A DNA stretch of 64,000 nucleotides. It comes from an uncultured Chloroflexia bacterium. Lineage in GTDB: Bacteria; Chloroflexota; Ktedonobacteria; Ktedonobacterales; Ktedonobacteraceae. This document shows, piece by piece, positions 20,265-30,932 of the stretch. Every line of letters starts with the position of its first letter. The stretch's first letter is position 1. Location of the stretch: positions 90,773 through 154,772 of the forward strand of contig CAWBSZ010000001.1 of NCBI GenBank assembly GCA_963791655.1, written 5' to 3'. The position numbers were made by a program, and so were the translations under genes. A model generated the notes under the pieces. That model saw only the letters and a list, made by a program, of their open reading frames with translations, ran no database searches and had not been told where the DNA came from.

Positions 20265-21453
20265 GATGCAATCGGCTCGGATGCGGTCTCACTCACGCTT
20301 TTTGGTTCGCGTGCCGCAAAGCCAATTACCGCGAAGACGACGCAGGCGATGCCGCAAAGATGAAGGCCGGAGTATAGCCACTGCTATTGACGATGATGCC
20401 GAAGATGACCGGGATCACAAAACCACCTAACCCTGAAATCGTCAGCAGTAGCCCTTCGGCGGTGGCGATATCTTCCGGGTTGAGACGATCTCGATAGTGT
20501 CCCGGTGCGGCAGCCCACCCCGCGAAGCCAAACTGCTGACAAATGCCCACGACCAGCACCATAAGCCAGACCCCCGCAAAGCCCAGGAACGAAAACAGGA
20601 CGAGCACTATTCCCATGATCATCCAGGGTAAAGCAAACACGGCTCGCAAGTTGGTGCCACGGTCCGCTAAGAAGCCACCGATAATGGAGCCTGGAATTGC
20701 CATCAGCACGTACACCGCCGCAATCAAGCCTCCCACACTGATGGGCAGATGATAGACCTGACCCAGGTAGGTGGTGAGCAGTTGAGCCGTGGTCAAACCT
20801 GCTCCATAGACGCCAAAGAAGCTCAGGCCGATGAACTAGAGGTCGCGATTGCCCAGGACACGTCGCAGAGCCTTCCATTCAAATTTGCCTGCCGCGAGTT
20901 GTGCGGCTTCGTGGCTGGGGACTTTGAGGAAGAGCAGGCACAGCACAAAGATGACCAGACCGACCACTCCACCCAGAACAATCGAGGTGGACCATCCGGT
21001 GGCTTTAATGACGCCGACCCACCCAAACAGGGCAATGGCCTGACCCAGCGTAAAGGCGACTCCGGCGGCCACGCCCATGGCTAGAGCGAGTTCGCGTCCA
21101 CGAAACCAGGAGGTGATGAGCGCGAGGGTCATCCCGACAATAAAGGAGCCGCCGACGCCTGTGAGGAAGCGTAAGACGGCGAGCCAGGCGTAGTTGGGCG
21201 CGAAGGCACAGGCGATGCCAGCCAGCGACTCGAGCAGGAGTCCGAGCAGGAGGGTGTTTTTGACGCCGATGCGATAGGCGAGCATGCCAGCGGGGACGTG
21301 GAAGATGGCGAAGCCAAGGATGAAGAGGGCGATCAAATTGGATAACTGGGACACATCCAGGTGGAATTGTTGCCCGAGTTGGGGAAAGGCTGCCGAGATA
21401 TCGAACCAGTTGAGGGTCAGGGCCAGCAAGGTCAGGGACAGCAGGACGAGCAT
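20265..21453 (-). pseudogene. MFS transporter, visibly GC-richer than its surroundings, disrupted
   Basis: ORFs 20836..21453 and 20326..20796 are in the same frame, separated by TAG at 20836-20838 (NRDL*FIGLSFFG; Trp expected by eye, TGG>TAG). The last TM helix (IACVVFAVIGFAAREPKS) is readable only in another frame from about 20360. That frame runs into the IS without a native stop. Confidence 0.7.
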
Positions 21454-21538
21454 CCACCAGCGGCTCGCGCTTCGCGTTGTGAGGCCATTCTCATGAGAAT
21501 TTTTCTCTTTCTCTATTATAGTCTCTTTAATCGATACT

Positions 21539-22063
21539 TCAGATTTGTGAACGATAGAGGTCGGGCAAGAACGTTGAGAAATTACTCATTTCCTCTTTAT
21601 TATGTTGATACACGGCTTTGATAAATTCCTCTGGCGGTCCAGGAGGAAAATGAAAATGGGTGCGTAGCCGTGTTCCGAAAGGTGCTTCCGTGTATTCATG
21701 CATGAGATCAGCCGCTCGCCTTCCTTCTACTGTGCTGCTTGCAAGCAGAACGTGATCGTACTCGGCTGGCGCATTTTTAGAGTCTTCCCAACGTATCTCT
21801 ATAGGAGGACTCGTGACATTCCCAAAGGGCTCCTCGATACGCTGAATGGCTCCAACATGACCATTTTTTGGAGAAACGAGCCATTCAAACGAGTGATGAT
21901 CGGTTGGATGCCACAGCTTGTAACGCTCTGTAGAATCAATGTGGTCCCACCACCAGTCGATCATCTCAGGAGCCACGCCAAGTATTTCATGGTTCGCGAC
22001 AATCTTCCACCCTCCGTCATCTCTCTTGTAGTAACCTTCCTGTATGGGCTGTTGTGCTGTCAT
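21539..22063 (-). CDS. conserved hypothetical protein (possibly DAPG/phloretin-hydrolase-like; weak)
   Basis: Start placed at internal Met 22063 (MTAQQPIQEGYY). Trp/His-rich core WWWDHIDSTERYKLWHPTDHH. The family assignment is from memory only. Confidence 0.4.
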   Translation of the reverse strand: MTAQQPIQEGYYKRDDGGWKIVANHEILGVAPEMIDWWWDHIDSTERYKLWHPTDHHSFEWLVSPKNGHVGAIQRIEEPFGNVTSPPIEIRWEDSKNAPAEYDHVLLASSTVEGRRAADLMHEYTEAPFGTRLRTHFHFPPGPPEEFIKAVYQHNKEEMSNFSTFLPDLYRSQI

Positions 22064-22134
22064 AGCAAAATCATCCTTTCCCAAGTATGTGGAACTAATT
22101 TGTACAAGATGCACTATTCGACATGCGCTAGAAA

Positions 22135-22345
22135 TTGACTTCACTCAAGCCTTTTAGCTTAAGCATCGCTCGTGCCTCGTCAGGTGTTGCGATCTCTCAC
22201 TCAAAAACGCGTGTTGTAGGCGATTGCCTACAAAACCGAGAACACCTTTGTGGACGTACACTGGCTTTTTCCCAACGTGCTTTAATAAATCATACATGGC
22301 TGTAACATACTCGTCGGCGGTATCCTGTATGCGTACTATCTCTAC
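22135..22345 (-). pseudogene. remnant of a 3-hydroxyacyl-CoA dehydrogenase gene (C-terminal part, frameshifted)
   Basis: Minus-strand translation gives EIVRIQDTADEYVTAMYDLLKHVGKKPVYVHKGVLGFVGNRLQHAF. It continues only after a frame change (EIATPDEARAMLKLKG). There is no start and no N-terminal Rossmann domain. Confidence 0.5.
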
Positions 22346-22629
22346 TGTGGATCACCTTGTCCTCATTGGTAGCTGAGGGTCATAGAATTGAAGGTTTTAT
22401 GTCGATGAAGCTATTGCTGTCGCTCCTTTGCTAGACAACATGTGTTCATATGGTGGATAAGAGTGCCACGATACGGTACAGCGAACTATAACATGCTATT
22501 TGCGCTTAAGTCAAGGGAAAAAACATTAATTTATCCGTATCGTGGACAATCTTCTCACAATATGATACATTCAACACGAAATTGGAATTATTGAAATCTT
22601 GAATTTTGTAGATGGAGGGAAGCAACTAA

Positions 22630-23406
22630 ATGGTACAGCCAGAAACGAGCGGAGAGCAGCGAGAGCGTGGAGGTGTTCAAGTCATTGCGCGTGCTGCCGA
22701 CATTTTGCGAACCCTCAAGGGGCATTCAGAAGGTTTGAGTCTTGCCCAGATCGCGAAGCAGGTTGGTTTAGCACGCTCAACTGTACACCGTATCGTGAGC
22801 GCGCTTGAAGCAGAACAGTTTGTGACTTCCACGTCTTCAAATGGGCATATTCGTCTCGGCCTGGGCCTTGCACCTCTTGCGGCATGGGTGAATAGTGAGT
22901 TATGCTACCAGTTACATCCTTACTTAGAGGCCCTTTCAAGGGAGGTGAACGAGACTGTTGATCTGGCGGTGCTTGATGGTAGTCAGGTCTATTTCGTTGA
23001 TCAAGTCGCGGTTCCGCATCGACTTCAAGCGGCTTCCTCAGTAGGCGCACCATTTCCACTCCATTGCACAGCGAACGGCAAGGCACTTCTTGCCGAAACT
23101 CCGGTCGAACAGGTCGAACTTCTTGTACCTGAAACGCTTCAGGTATTCACGCCGAGAACGATTACCTCTCGTGAACATTTACTGAAGGAACTAGAGCTTA
23201 TTCGTCTCGGCCATATTGCCTATGATAAAGAAGAACATACTGAAGGAATATGTGCCGTTGGTACGACAGTACGGGACGCAATGGGTGGTCTTGCTGCAAT
23301 CACCATCCCCGTGCCCGCGCTTCGCTTTTACGGTAATGAACAACGATTTGTGTCTGCTCTTCTACACATGGGTGGCAGCATTGCACAACGCTATAACGCA
23401 CTATAG
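22630..23406 (+). CDS. IclR-family transcriptional regulator
   Basis: N-terminal HTH LSLAQIAKQVGLARSTVHRIVSAL and an IclR-type effector domain. 258 aa. Confidence 0.85.
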   Translation: MVQPETSGEQRERGGVQVIARAADILRTLKGHSEGLSLAQIAKQVGLARSTVHRIVSALEAEQFVTSTSSNGHIRLGLGLAPLAAWVNSELCYQLHPYLEALSREVNETVDLAVLDGSQVYFVDQVAVPHRLQAASSVGAPFPLHCTANGKALLAETPVEQVELLVPETLQVFTPRTITSREHLLKELELIRLGHIAYDKEEHTEGICAVGTTVRDAMGGLAAITIPVPALRFYGNEQRFVSALLHMGGSIAQRYNAL

Positions 23407-23704
23407 ACAAGAAGACTTACAAACTTTACTGTAAAATAGTGCATATATTACTCATTCTATGATATACTCATTGTGGATGTATTCCTCGACATTACTTTGC
23501 TTAATTACGTCTAATAATGGGCAAGAAAGGAAAACTTCTACGCATCCTTTCCAGTCATCTATGGAATAGACGACTCCATCCTTCCTCATGGTCTGTAAGC
23601 ACCGCGGCTTGCAAAAAACAAAGCATTTCAGGTAAGAAGAAGCCTGATTGGTACAGAGAAAAAGTACAAACGTTGCTGGTTTTATGAAAGGTGGGACGTA
23701 TTCA

Positions 23705-24295
23705 ATGGCTCAATATGCAGAAGAAAGAGTACCTGTAGCCTCTGCCGCTGTATCTTCAGTGGCTAACCCCGGCCCTCTTGGTCTTAGTGCATTTGCACTC
23801 ACAACCTTCGTCCTTAGTTCCGTTAATGCCGGACTTCTTGCCAGTACAGACCTTAAGATCGTACTTGGCCTTGCCCTATTCTATGGTGGCTTAGCACAAC
23901 TTCTGGCAGGCATGTGGGAATTTAGAACGGGAAACACCTTTGGTGCTACCGCCTTCACTTCCTATGGTGCTTTCTGGATTTCTGTTGGTGCTAGCGTACA
24001 GTTTGGCTGGATTACTAGTCATGCAGCCTTCGGTTTCTTTCTTCTGGGCTGGACCATCTTCACGCTCATTATGTTTCTTGGCACGTTGAGAACGAATGGT
24101 GGACTCATTGCCCTTTTTGGTCTTTTATTCCTTACTTTCTTGTTACTAACCATTGGTGAGTTTGGTGGTGGTACAGGGGTACTTGGTGGCTATCTTGGCA
24201 TTGTCACAGCAATTGTTGCATGGTATAACGCGCTTGCCGGAGTGTTAAGCGCAAGCCGTGCTCCATTCACTCTACCGATATTCCCCATGAGGTAG
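23705..24295 (+). CDS. GPR1/FUN34/YaaH (SatP-type) acetate/succinate transporter
   Basis: NPGPLGLSAFALTTFVLS signature. Six TM helices. ATG 23705 is preceded by AAGGTGGG. Confidence 0.85.
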   Translation: MAQYAEERVPVASAAVSSVANPGPLGLSAFALTTFVLSSVNAGLLASTDLKIVLGLALFYGGLAQLLAGMWEFRTGNTFGATAFTSYGAFWISVGASVQFGWITSHAAFGFFLLGWTIFTLIMFLGTLRTNGGLIALFGLLFLTFLLLTIGEFGGGTGVLGGYLGIVTAIVAWYNALAGVLSASRAPFTLPIFPMR

Positions 24296-24330
24296 GGTAC
24301 TCTATTGCTTAATGCAATGTTCTACTAGTA

Positions 24331-24369
24331 GCTTCAGACAGAAACGTATGCTCTGCTTCTGTCTGAAGC
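24331..24369 (+). terminator. hairpin terminator after the acetate transporter gene
   Basis: gcttcagacagaa / ttctgtctgaagc (13-bp arms) followed by TTT. Confidence 0.55.
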
Positions 24370-24458
24370 TTTGACTGTACTCACGCATTTCCTGTTCTCC
24401 GCAAGCAGTTGTCTACGAGAAAAATGTGCTATAATTTTCACGTTCACGACAACCAAGT

Positions 24459-26432
24459 ATGTCTAACCACAAGGAAGGCAGAATAGTAGTTATGAGTAAC
24501 CTCAGCTTTGAAAACACCGACAATATTTTGATTGAGGAACGTGTTTTCCCTCCAACTGACGATGTTGTTAGTAATGCCAATATCACTGCCTACATGAAGT
24601 CAAAAGGCTTTGACGATTACGGAAAGTTCTTTCAATGGTCACTTGCGAACCGTTTCGAATATTGGGAGGACCAGGCGAAAGAACTTCATTGGTTTGAACC
24701 GTGGCAGCAAACCTTTGAATGGACCACCAAGCCCTTCTTCAAGTGGTTTACTGGCGGTAAGTTCAACATTGTATATAACTGCCTCGACAGGCATATGGAG
24801 ACAGCAACCCGTGACAAAGTAGCTTTTCACTGGGAAGGTGATGATGGCTCAAGCCGAACTATAACGTATAAAGAACTGTTCGTGCTAACAAATCGTTTTG
24901 CCAAAGCACTGCAAAACCTGGGCGTGAAAAAAGGCGACCGTGTAGCCATCTATATGCCAGCGATTCTCGAACAGGTCGCAGCGGTACTGGCTGTCGCGCG
25001 TCTTGGTGCTGTGCATACTGTTGTCTTTGGCGGTTTTGCTCCGAGCGCGTTACGAGACCGCATCATCGACGCTCAGGCAAAGGTGGTGATTACCGCTGAT
25101 GGCAACTATCGCGGTGGCAAGCATATCGAACTCAAGAAGATCACCGACGAAGCTGTTGCCGAGACACCGACGATTGAAAAAGTCCTTGTGGTCAAGCGAC
25201 TTGGTACAGAGGTCGCGATGCAAGCGGGCCGTGATGTCTACCTGGATGATTTGTTCGCTGATATTCCAGAGGATACTCTTGTGCCGTGCGAACCGATGGA
25301 CAGCGAAGATATGCTCTATATCCTCTATACAAGTGGTAGTACAGGTAAGCCAAAGGGAGTAGTACATGTTCATGCTGGCTACGCCGTTGGTGTCTATGCC
25401 ACTACCAAGTATGTCTTCGATACGAGAGAGAGCGACATCTTCTGGTGTACCGCCGACGTTGGTTGGGTGACAGGTCATAGTTATATCATCTACGGTCCAT
25501 TGATGAACGGCACCACGAACGTATTGTTCGAGGGTACTCCGACCTATCCTGCCCCCGACCGCCTGTGGAGTATCGTCGAGAAGTACAAAGTGACGACCAT
25601 TTACACGTCGCCTACTGCAATTCGAGGCTTAATGCGCTTTGGCGAAGAGTGGCCTGCCAAGCATGACCTTTCAACGCTGCGAATTCTTGGGAGCGTAGGT
25701 GAGCCAATCAATCCAGAGGCGTGGATTTGGTATCACAAAAATATCGGCCATGGCCAACTACCAATTATGGATACGTGGTGGCAGACGGAAACCGGCTCTA
25801 TTCTGATTAGCCCAACGGTTACTATACCTTTGAAGCCTGGCAGTGCCAGTCGTCCTTTACCCACTATCGAAGCCGAAGTCGTAGACAAAAATGGTGTCGC
25901 AGTAGGCAGTGAACGTGGTGGTTTCCTGATTGTGCGTCATCCGTGGCCAAGCCAGATGCGTACCATTTATGGCGATCCCGCACGTTATGAGACCTACTGG
26001 AACACCATTCCGGGGGTCTACTTCGCGGGTGACGCGGCAACCATGGACAAGGATGGGTACTTCCGCATTCAAGGCCGCGTAGATGATGTGATCAAAGTCA
26101 GCGGTCATCGACTTGGTTCGATGGAGATCGAGTCAAGTCTGGTTAGTCATCCCGCCGTTGCTGAGGCAGCAGCCATTGGCAAACCCGATGAGGTAAAGGG
26201 TGAACATGTCAAGGTGTTTGTCATTCTCAAAAATGGATTTGAGCCTTCCGATGAAATGGCGAAACAACTGAAATTGCATGTTCGTACCACGGTTGGAGCA
26301 CTCGCTGTTCCCGATGAACTTGAGTTTGCACCCAGCTTACCCAAGACACGTTCAGGAAAAATCATGCGTCGTGTCATTCGTGCCCGTGAACTTGGTGAAC
26401 CAGTTGGAGACACTAGCACCCTTGATGGTTAA
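24459..26432 (+). CDS. acs: acetyl-CoA synthetase (AMP-forming)
   Basis: AMP-binding motif YTSGSTGKPKG. The length and C-terminal SGKIMRR are typical of Acs. An alternative start is at 24492. Confidence 0.9.
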   Translation: MSNHKEGRIVVMSNLSFENTDNILIEERVFPPTDDVVSNANITAYMKSKGFDDYGKFFQWSLANRFEYWEDQAKELHWFEPWQQTFEWTTKPFFKWFTGGKFNIVYNCLDRHMETATRDKVAFHWEGDDGSSRTITYKELFVLTNRFAKALQNLGVKKGDRVAIYMPAILEQVAAVLAVARLGAVHTVVFGGFAPSALRDRIIDAQAKVVITADGNYRGGKHIELKKITDEAVAETPTIEKVLVVKRLGTEVAMQAGRDVYLDDLFADIPEDTLVPCEPMDSEDMLYILYTSGSTGKPKGVVHVHAGYAVGVYATTKYVFDTRESDIFWCTADVGWVTGHSYIIYGPLMNGTTNVLFEGTPTYPAPDRLWSIVEKYKVTTIYTSPTAIRGLMRFGEEWPAKHDLSTLRILGSVGEPINPEAWIWYHKNIGHGQLPIMDTWWQTETGSILISPTVTIPLKPGSASRPLPTIEAEVVDKNGVAVGSERGGFLIVRHPWPSQMRTIYGDPARYETYWNTIPGVYFAGDAATMDKDGYFRIQGRVDDVIKVSGHRLGSMEIESSLVSHPAVAEAAAIGKPDEVKGEHVKVFVILKNGFEPSDEMAKQLKLHVRTTVGALAVPDELEFAPSLPKTRSGKIMRRVIRARELGEPVGDTSTLDG

Positions 26433-26436
26433 GTGT

Positions 26437-26518
26437 AGAGAAATGGTGCTCACACGCCGAAAACTGGTCTGTCCACATGTGGACAGACCAGTTTTCGGCG
26501 TGTGAGCACCATTTCTCT
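26437..26518. repeat. 82-bp perfect palindrome just after the acs stop (terminator-like)
   Basis: agagaaatggtgctcacacgccgaaaactggtctgtccaca|tgtggacagaccagttttcggcgtgtgagcaccatttctct. Symmetric about 26477/26478 with no mismatch found by hand. Confidence 0.8.
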
Positions 26519-26585
26519 GGTAAGAATGACATTATTTAGAACTCATCTTCAACATAGGATAGAAAATGTGCTAAGGTATACCTGA

Positions 26586-27848
<1,263 letters not shown>

Positions 27849-27881
27849 GTTCGCTCCACTCTTGTTGTTTGGATGCGTTGA

Positions 27882-28982
27882 TCAGGGCAATAAATGAGCG
27901 ATAACAGCATGAATTGTTGAGTTTGCCTCGATGTTCCATGCTTTATAAGCTTGAATTGATGCAACCTTTTCAGCAATCAACGTTGGATTTTGCGCAATCT
28001 CAAGAAGCAATTCTTGCTGGGCTGTTGGTTCCAGGCGAACCCAGCCCAGGTTATGCCGTTCAATAAAAGCTAGGGTTGGCGTTTCCTGATCTGGTATAAC
28101 CGCAGTGACGAGAAACGGCTTTTCTAGTATAAATGCCTCCGTCACAAAGCTTGCCCCGGCCTTTCCAACAATGACATCTGCGACAGCCATATATGGAGCG
28201 ATTGTCTCTGTAAAAGGAACAGTGTATACTTGCTTTATGCCAGCATAGGCTTTTGCCATCTGTATATTATTCCCAACCGCAAGGATGATTTGCACGGGAA
28301 TATCTGCTTGTAACAAGAACTTCACCACATGGTCAACTTGGGCTGAACCTTTTGCTCCACCTTGCAAAAAGATCGTGAATATGCCTGTATCAAAATTCAA
28401 TGTTGCCAATGTTTCGTCTCTTGTAACAGTTGAGACTTCCAAAAACTGTCGTCGTATGGGGCGTCCTGTCAAGTATAGACGCTTTTGCTCGATGCCTTGC
28501 TCCACAGCCTGCGCGAAAATTTCGCGTGTCGGTGCAAGGTAGGCATCAGCATACTTCTCGGTAAACCACGTTTTATGCACACGTCCCAGGTCCGTAAGTT
28601 GGAAGACGAGCGGAAGGGGCTTGGGGAGTCGGGCGTTGGTACGCGCAATTGCGTAGGATAAGACTGGATGCGTTGTGATCATAAGTTGTGGCTGCGTACG
28701 TTCTATATGTTTCCGCAAGCGGTGGGAAAGCAACAGCGCGAGTAGGCTATTGACGAACCACGAAACAAACGTCGAGTCTGTATATTTGAACTGACGAGCC
28801 AGAAACTGTACGTCGCTTCGACTTAACGCTGCATACCAACGATCAACTAGCTTGGGAAGTGGGTCAGCTATGATGGTGGTATAGTCATTCCCGAGTATCT
28901 CTTTAAGCGATTGTGCGAGATTCATATGCCCACCTCCCGTATGTGAGGTAAGTATCAGAATAGTAGGTTTTGCTGGCTGCAC
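27882..28982 (-). CDS. glycosyltransferase, MGDG-synthase/UgtP-like (GT28)
   Basis: N-terminal ILILTSHTGGGHMNLAQSL is typical of diacylglycerol glycosyltransferases. A GTG start at 28982 with an upstream AGGAG avoids overlap with the DedA gene. Confidence 0.65.
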   Translation of the reverse strand: MQPAKPTILILTSHTGGGHMNLAQSLKEILGNDYTTIIADPLPKLVDRWYAALSRSDVQFLARQFKYTDSTFVSWFVNSLLALLLSHRLRKHIERTQPQLMITTHPVLSYAIARTNARLPKPLPLVFQLTDLGRVHKTWFTEKYADAYLAPTREIFAQAVEQGIEQKRLYLTGRPIRRQFLEVSTVTRDETLATLNFDTGIFTIFLQGGAKGSAQVDHVVKFLLQADIPVQIILAVGNNIQMAKAYAGIKQVYTVPFTETIAPYMAVADVIVGKAGASFVTEAFILEKPFLVTAVIPDQETPTLAFIERHNLGWVRLEPTAQQELLLEIAQNPTLIAEKVASIQAYKAWNIEANSTIHAVIAHLLP

Positions 28983-28992
28983 AGTTATACTC

Positions 28993-29730
28993 CTAGTCAG
29001 AAGCAGATGTAGTTGTGATATTTTGTCCAAAAGTATCAAGTGGAGGTTGAGGCGTATATGCCTTTCCCTCCTTTTTTGTTGCCTCTTGCTTCGTTGTTTC
29101 TAGCTTTGCACGCTTTTTTTGACGGACATTGCGCAAAAGCATTACTCCGAGGAAGAGTGCGACGAGGAGCGCAAGGAGCAGACTTGAAACTGCACCGAAA
29201 ATGCTTGCCACCTCCTCCCAACTTTGGGCGAAGACATAACCCAGCCCAATCGGAATAATCACCCCTAGAATTTGTCCGCATATGTCCCACAAGAGAAAGC
29301 GAGGGTAAGGATATTGTTCCAGTCCTGCTACAAGATTGATTGGGCCTCCCAGTCCAACGAGTAGGAAACGTGTTATAAAGATGGTCCATGCGGCTCTTCG
29401 TCGAAAGGACTCCATGCCTTTCTGTATAGTATTCGACGAGATGAAACGAAAGCGTTTCTGTCGCTCTAACCAACTTAGAAGCGAAACACCTACACGTCGC
29501 CCGATCAAGTACGTGAGGTTGTCACCCATCACGGCAGCGCTTAGCGTGATAGGTAATAACACAATGATGTTGAAATCCCCAAATGCTGCGAAGGCACCAG
29601 ACGCGAAGAGGAGGAGCGAGCCAGAAATGGGAATGCCAGCGGATGCAATGAATACAATCAACCAAAGTACTGGATAGCCATACTGTTGCAATGCATCGAG
29701 AAAAAATGTGTTCATGCTTCTCTCCCCCAA
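28993..29730 (-). CDS. DedA/SNARE-associated family membrane protein
   Basis: 245 aa with DedA-like topology and a Lys-rich C-terminal tail. Confidence 0.75.
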   Translation of the reverse strand: MGERSMNTFFLDALQQYGYPVLWLIVFIASAGIPISGSLLLFASGAFAAFGDFNIIVLLPITLSAAVMGDNLTYLIGRRVGVSLLSWLERQKRFRFISSNTIQKGMESFRRRAAWTIFITRFLLVGLGGPINLVAGLEQYPYPRFLLWDICGQILGVIIPIGLGYVFAQSWEEVASIFGAVSSLLLALLVALFLGVMLLRNVRQKKRAKLETTKQEATKKEGKAYTPQPPLDTFGQNITTTSASD

Positions 29731-30143
29731 TCTACTACTGAGAGGAGATATCCATTGATGACGAGGGTGCGTAGTGGTGGAGAAGCACGAGGATGTGTCT
29801 TGCGGTACTTTAGAACAGCATGTTGCACATTTTGTATGACGTTATTGACAGGTTTATGGGTAGTCTTCGCGATCGTATCAAGTGTGGCATTGGAGCCAGA
29901 TTTCTGAATATCGAGTTCCTGATAGAGGTAGTTTTCAGGCACATGATAGATATGCGAAACCGCATGTATAGTCATCCAGGGGCGAATGGTATGTACGTCC
30001 CCTGCTTTGACGGCACGACTGTGCTGCTGAAAACTGTGTATTTGTTGAACGGTTTGTACCGCAGTAAAGGCAAGCAAACCGAGCGCAATAGTTAGAAGAA
30101 GGCAAAGCAGGATTATTCTAGTGCTTTTACTTAGACTACGCAC
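29712..30143 (-). CDS. hypothetical membrane-anchored protein
   Basis: N-terminal TM helix. Overlaps the DedA start by 19 nt (same strand). No recognisable motif. Confidence 0.35.
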   Translation of the reverse strand: MRSLSKSTRIILLCLLLTIALGLLAFTAVQTVQQIHSFQQHSRAVKAGDVHTIRPWMTIHAVSHIYHVPENYLYQELDIQKSGSNATLDTIAKTTHKPVNNVIQNVQHAVLKYRKTHPRASPPLRTLVINGYLLSVVDWGREA

Positions 30144-30338
30144 CGCATTGCTCCCTCCTCATTCGCCGCCCAAAACATTTTTGTATATGTGTAGTTCATA
30201 CGTATTTCCCTATTTTTCTATAGCGTACCCCATGTATCTCAAGAATGAAAGTAGAACATGTAAAGATTTTGTAAGAGGTTCTATCTTGAAAGCATTATAT
30301 GTTATTATGTGCTCAATAGTAGGAAGAAAGGTGTGTCT

Positions 30339-30860
30339 GTGAAACGTATCGCTATCATCGGTTCAAGTGGTGCGGGCAAGTCCACATTTGCAAGACAACT
30401 CGGTACATTGCTCACTCTTCCAGTTATCCACCTCGACACGCTTTTCTGGCAACCTGGGTGGATACAAATGCCACAGAACGAATGGAGCATAATTCAAGAA
30501 CGGCTTATAGAGCAAGAAACGTGGATTATAGACGGTAATTATAGAAGTTCATTAGATACTCGCTTTGCTGCTGCCGATACAATCATTTTTCTAGATTTTC
30601 CTATGCCTCTCTGCCTCTATCGTGCTCTCAAAAGACGTTTTCAATATGCAGGAAAATCACGACCAGACATGAATGAGGGCTGTCCTGAGCGTGTTGATTG
30701 GGGACATATAAAATGGATATGGAACTATCCAAGATATGGACGAGTAAGCTCTGTACAGAAAATGCAGCAATACGCGGAGGGACGAAAAATCATTATTTTG
30801 CGTAGTCCTAAACAGGTGAAACAATTTCTGCAAGAATTAAGAAGCACTGTTCTTGCATAA
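30339..30860 (+). CDS. P-loop kinase-like ATPase (topology modulation / adenylate-kinase-like family)
   Basis: GTG 30339. Walker A IIGSSGAGKST. Confidence 0.6.
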   Translation: MKRIAIIGSSGAGKSTFARQLGTLLTLPVIHLDTLFWQPGWIQMPQNEWSIIQERLIEQETWIIDGNYRSSLDTRFAAADTIIFLDFPMPLCLYRALKRRFQYAGKSRPDMNEGCPERVDWGHIKWIWNYPRYGRVSSVQKMQQYAEGRKIIILRSPKQVKQFLQELRSTVLA

Positions 30861-30867
30861 GGAATGC

Positions 30868-30896
30868 TTGACCACACTACTCTGCTACGTTATAGT
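30868..30896 (+). promoter_or_regulatory. sigma-70-like promoter upstream of argS
   Basis: TTGACC (30868-30873), a 17-nt spacer, then TATAGT (30891-30896). Confidence 0.4.
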
Positions 30897-30932
30897 AGCT
30901 TCATTCGTGAATGAAATAAAAGGTAGTTAGCA

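Larger units (their letters stand above)
18517..20270 (+). mobile_element. IS200/IS605-family insertion sequence (tnpA + tnpB); ends approximate
   Basis: Y1 transposase and TnpB genes overlap by 1 nt. A subterminal hairpin ccccctg-N9-caggggg lies at 18530-18552, upstream of tnpA. Hairpin-like segments lie at 20208-20229 and 20231-20243 in the tnpB 3' end. G+C changes abruptly after about 20264. Exact LE and RE cleavage sites were not determined. Confidence 0.8.

Noticed and set aside
8850-20838. In-frame TAG codons as evidence of amber recoding (pyrrolysine or a reassigned stop)
   Set aside because: TAG is a genuine terminator in this window (pyrE stop at 1650-1652, followed at once by pyrF). 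No pyl genes were seen. Both affected genes carry additional frameshifts, so they are ordinary pseudogenes or sequencing errors.
20384-21457. Several long overlapping ORFs (20384..20878, 21005..21457, 20749..21084, 20029..20430, 21129..21317)
   Set aside because: They are Arg/Pro/Gly-rich alternative frames of the GC-rich MFS pseudogene, which is typical high-GC frame noise.
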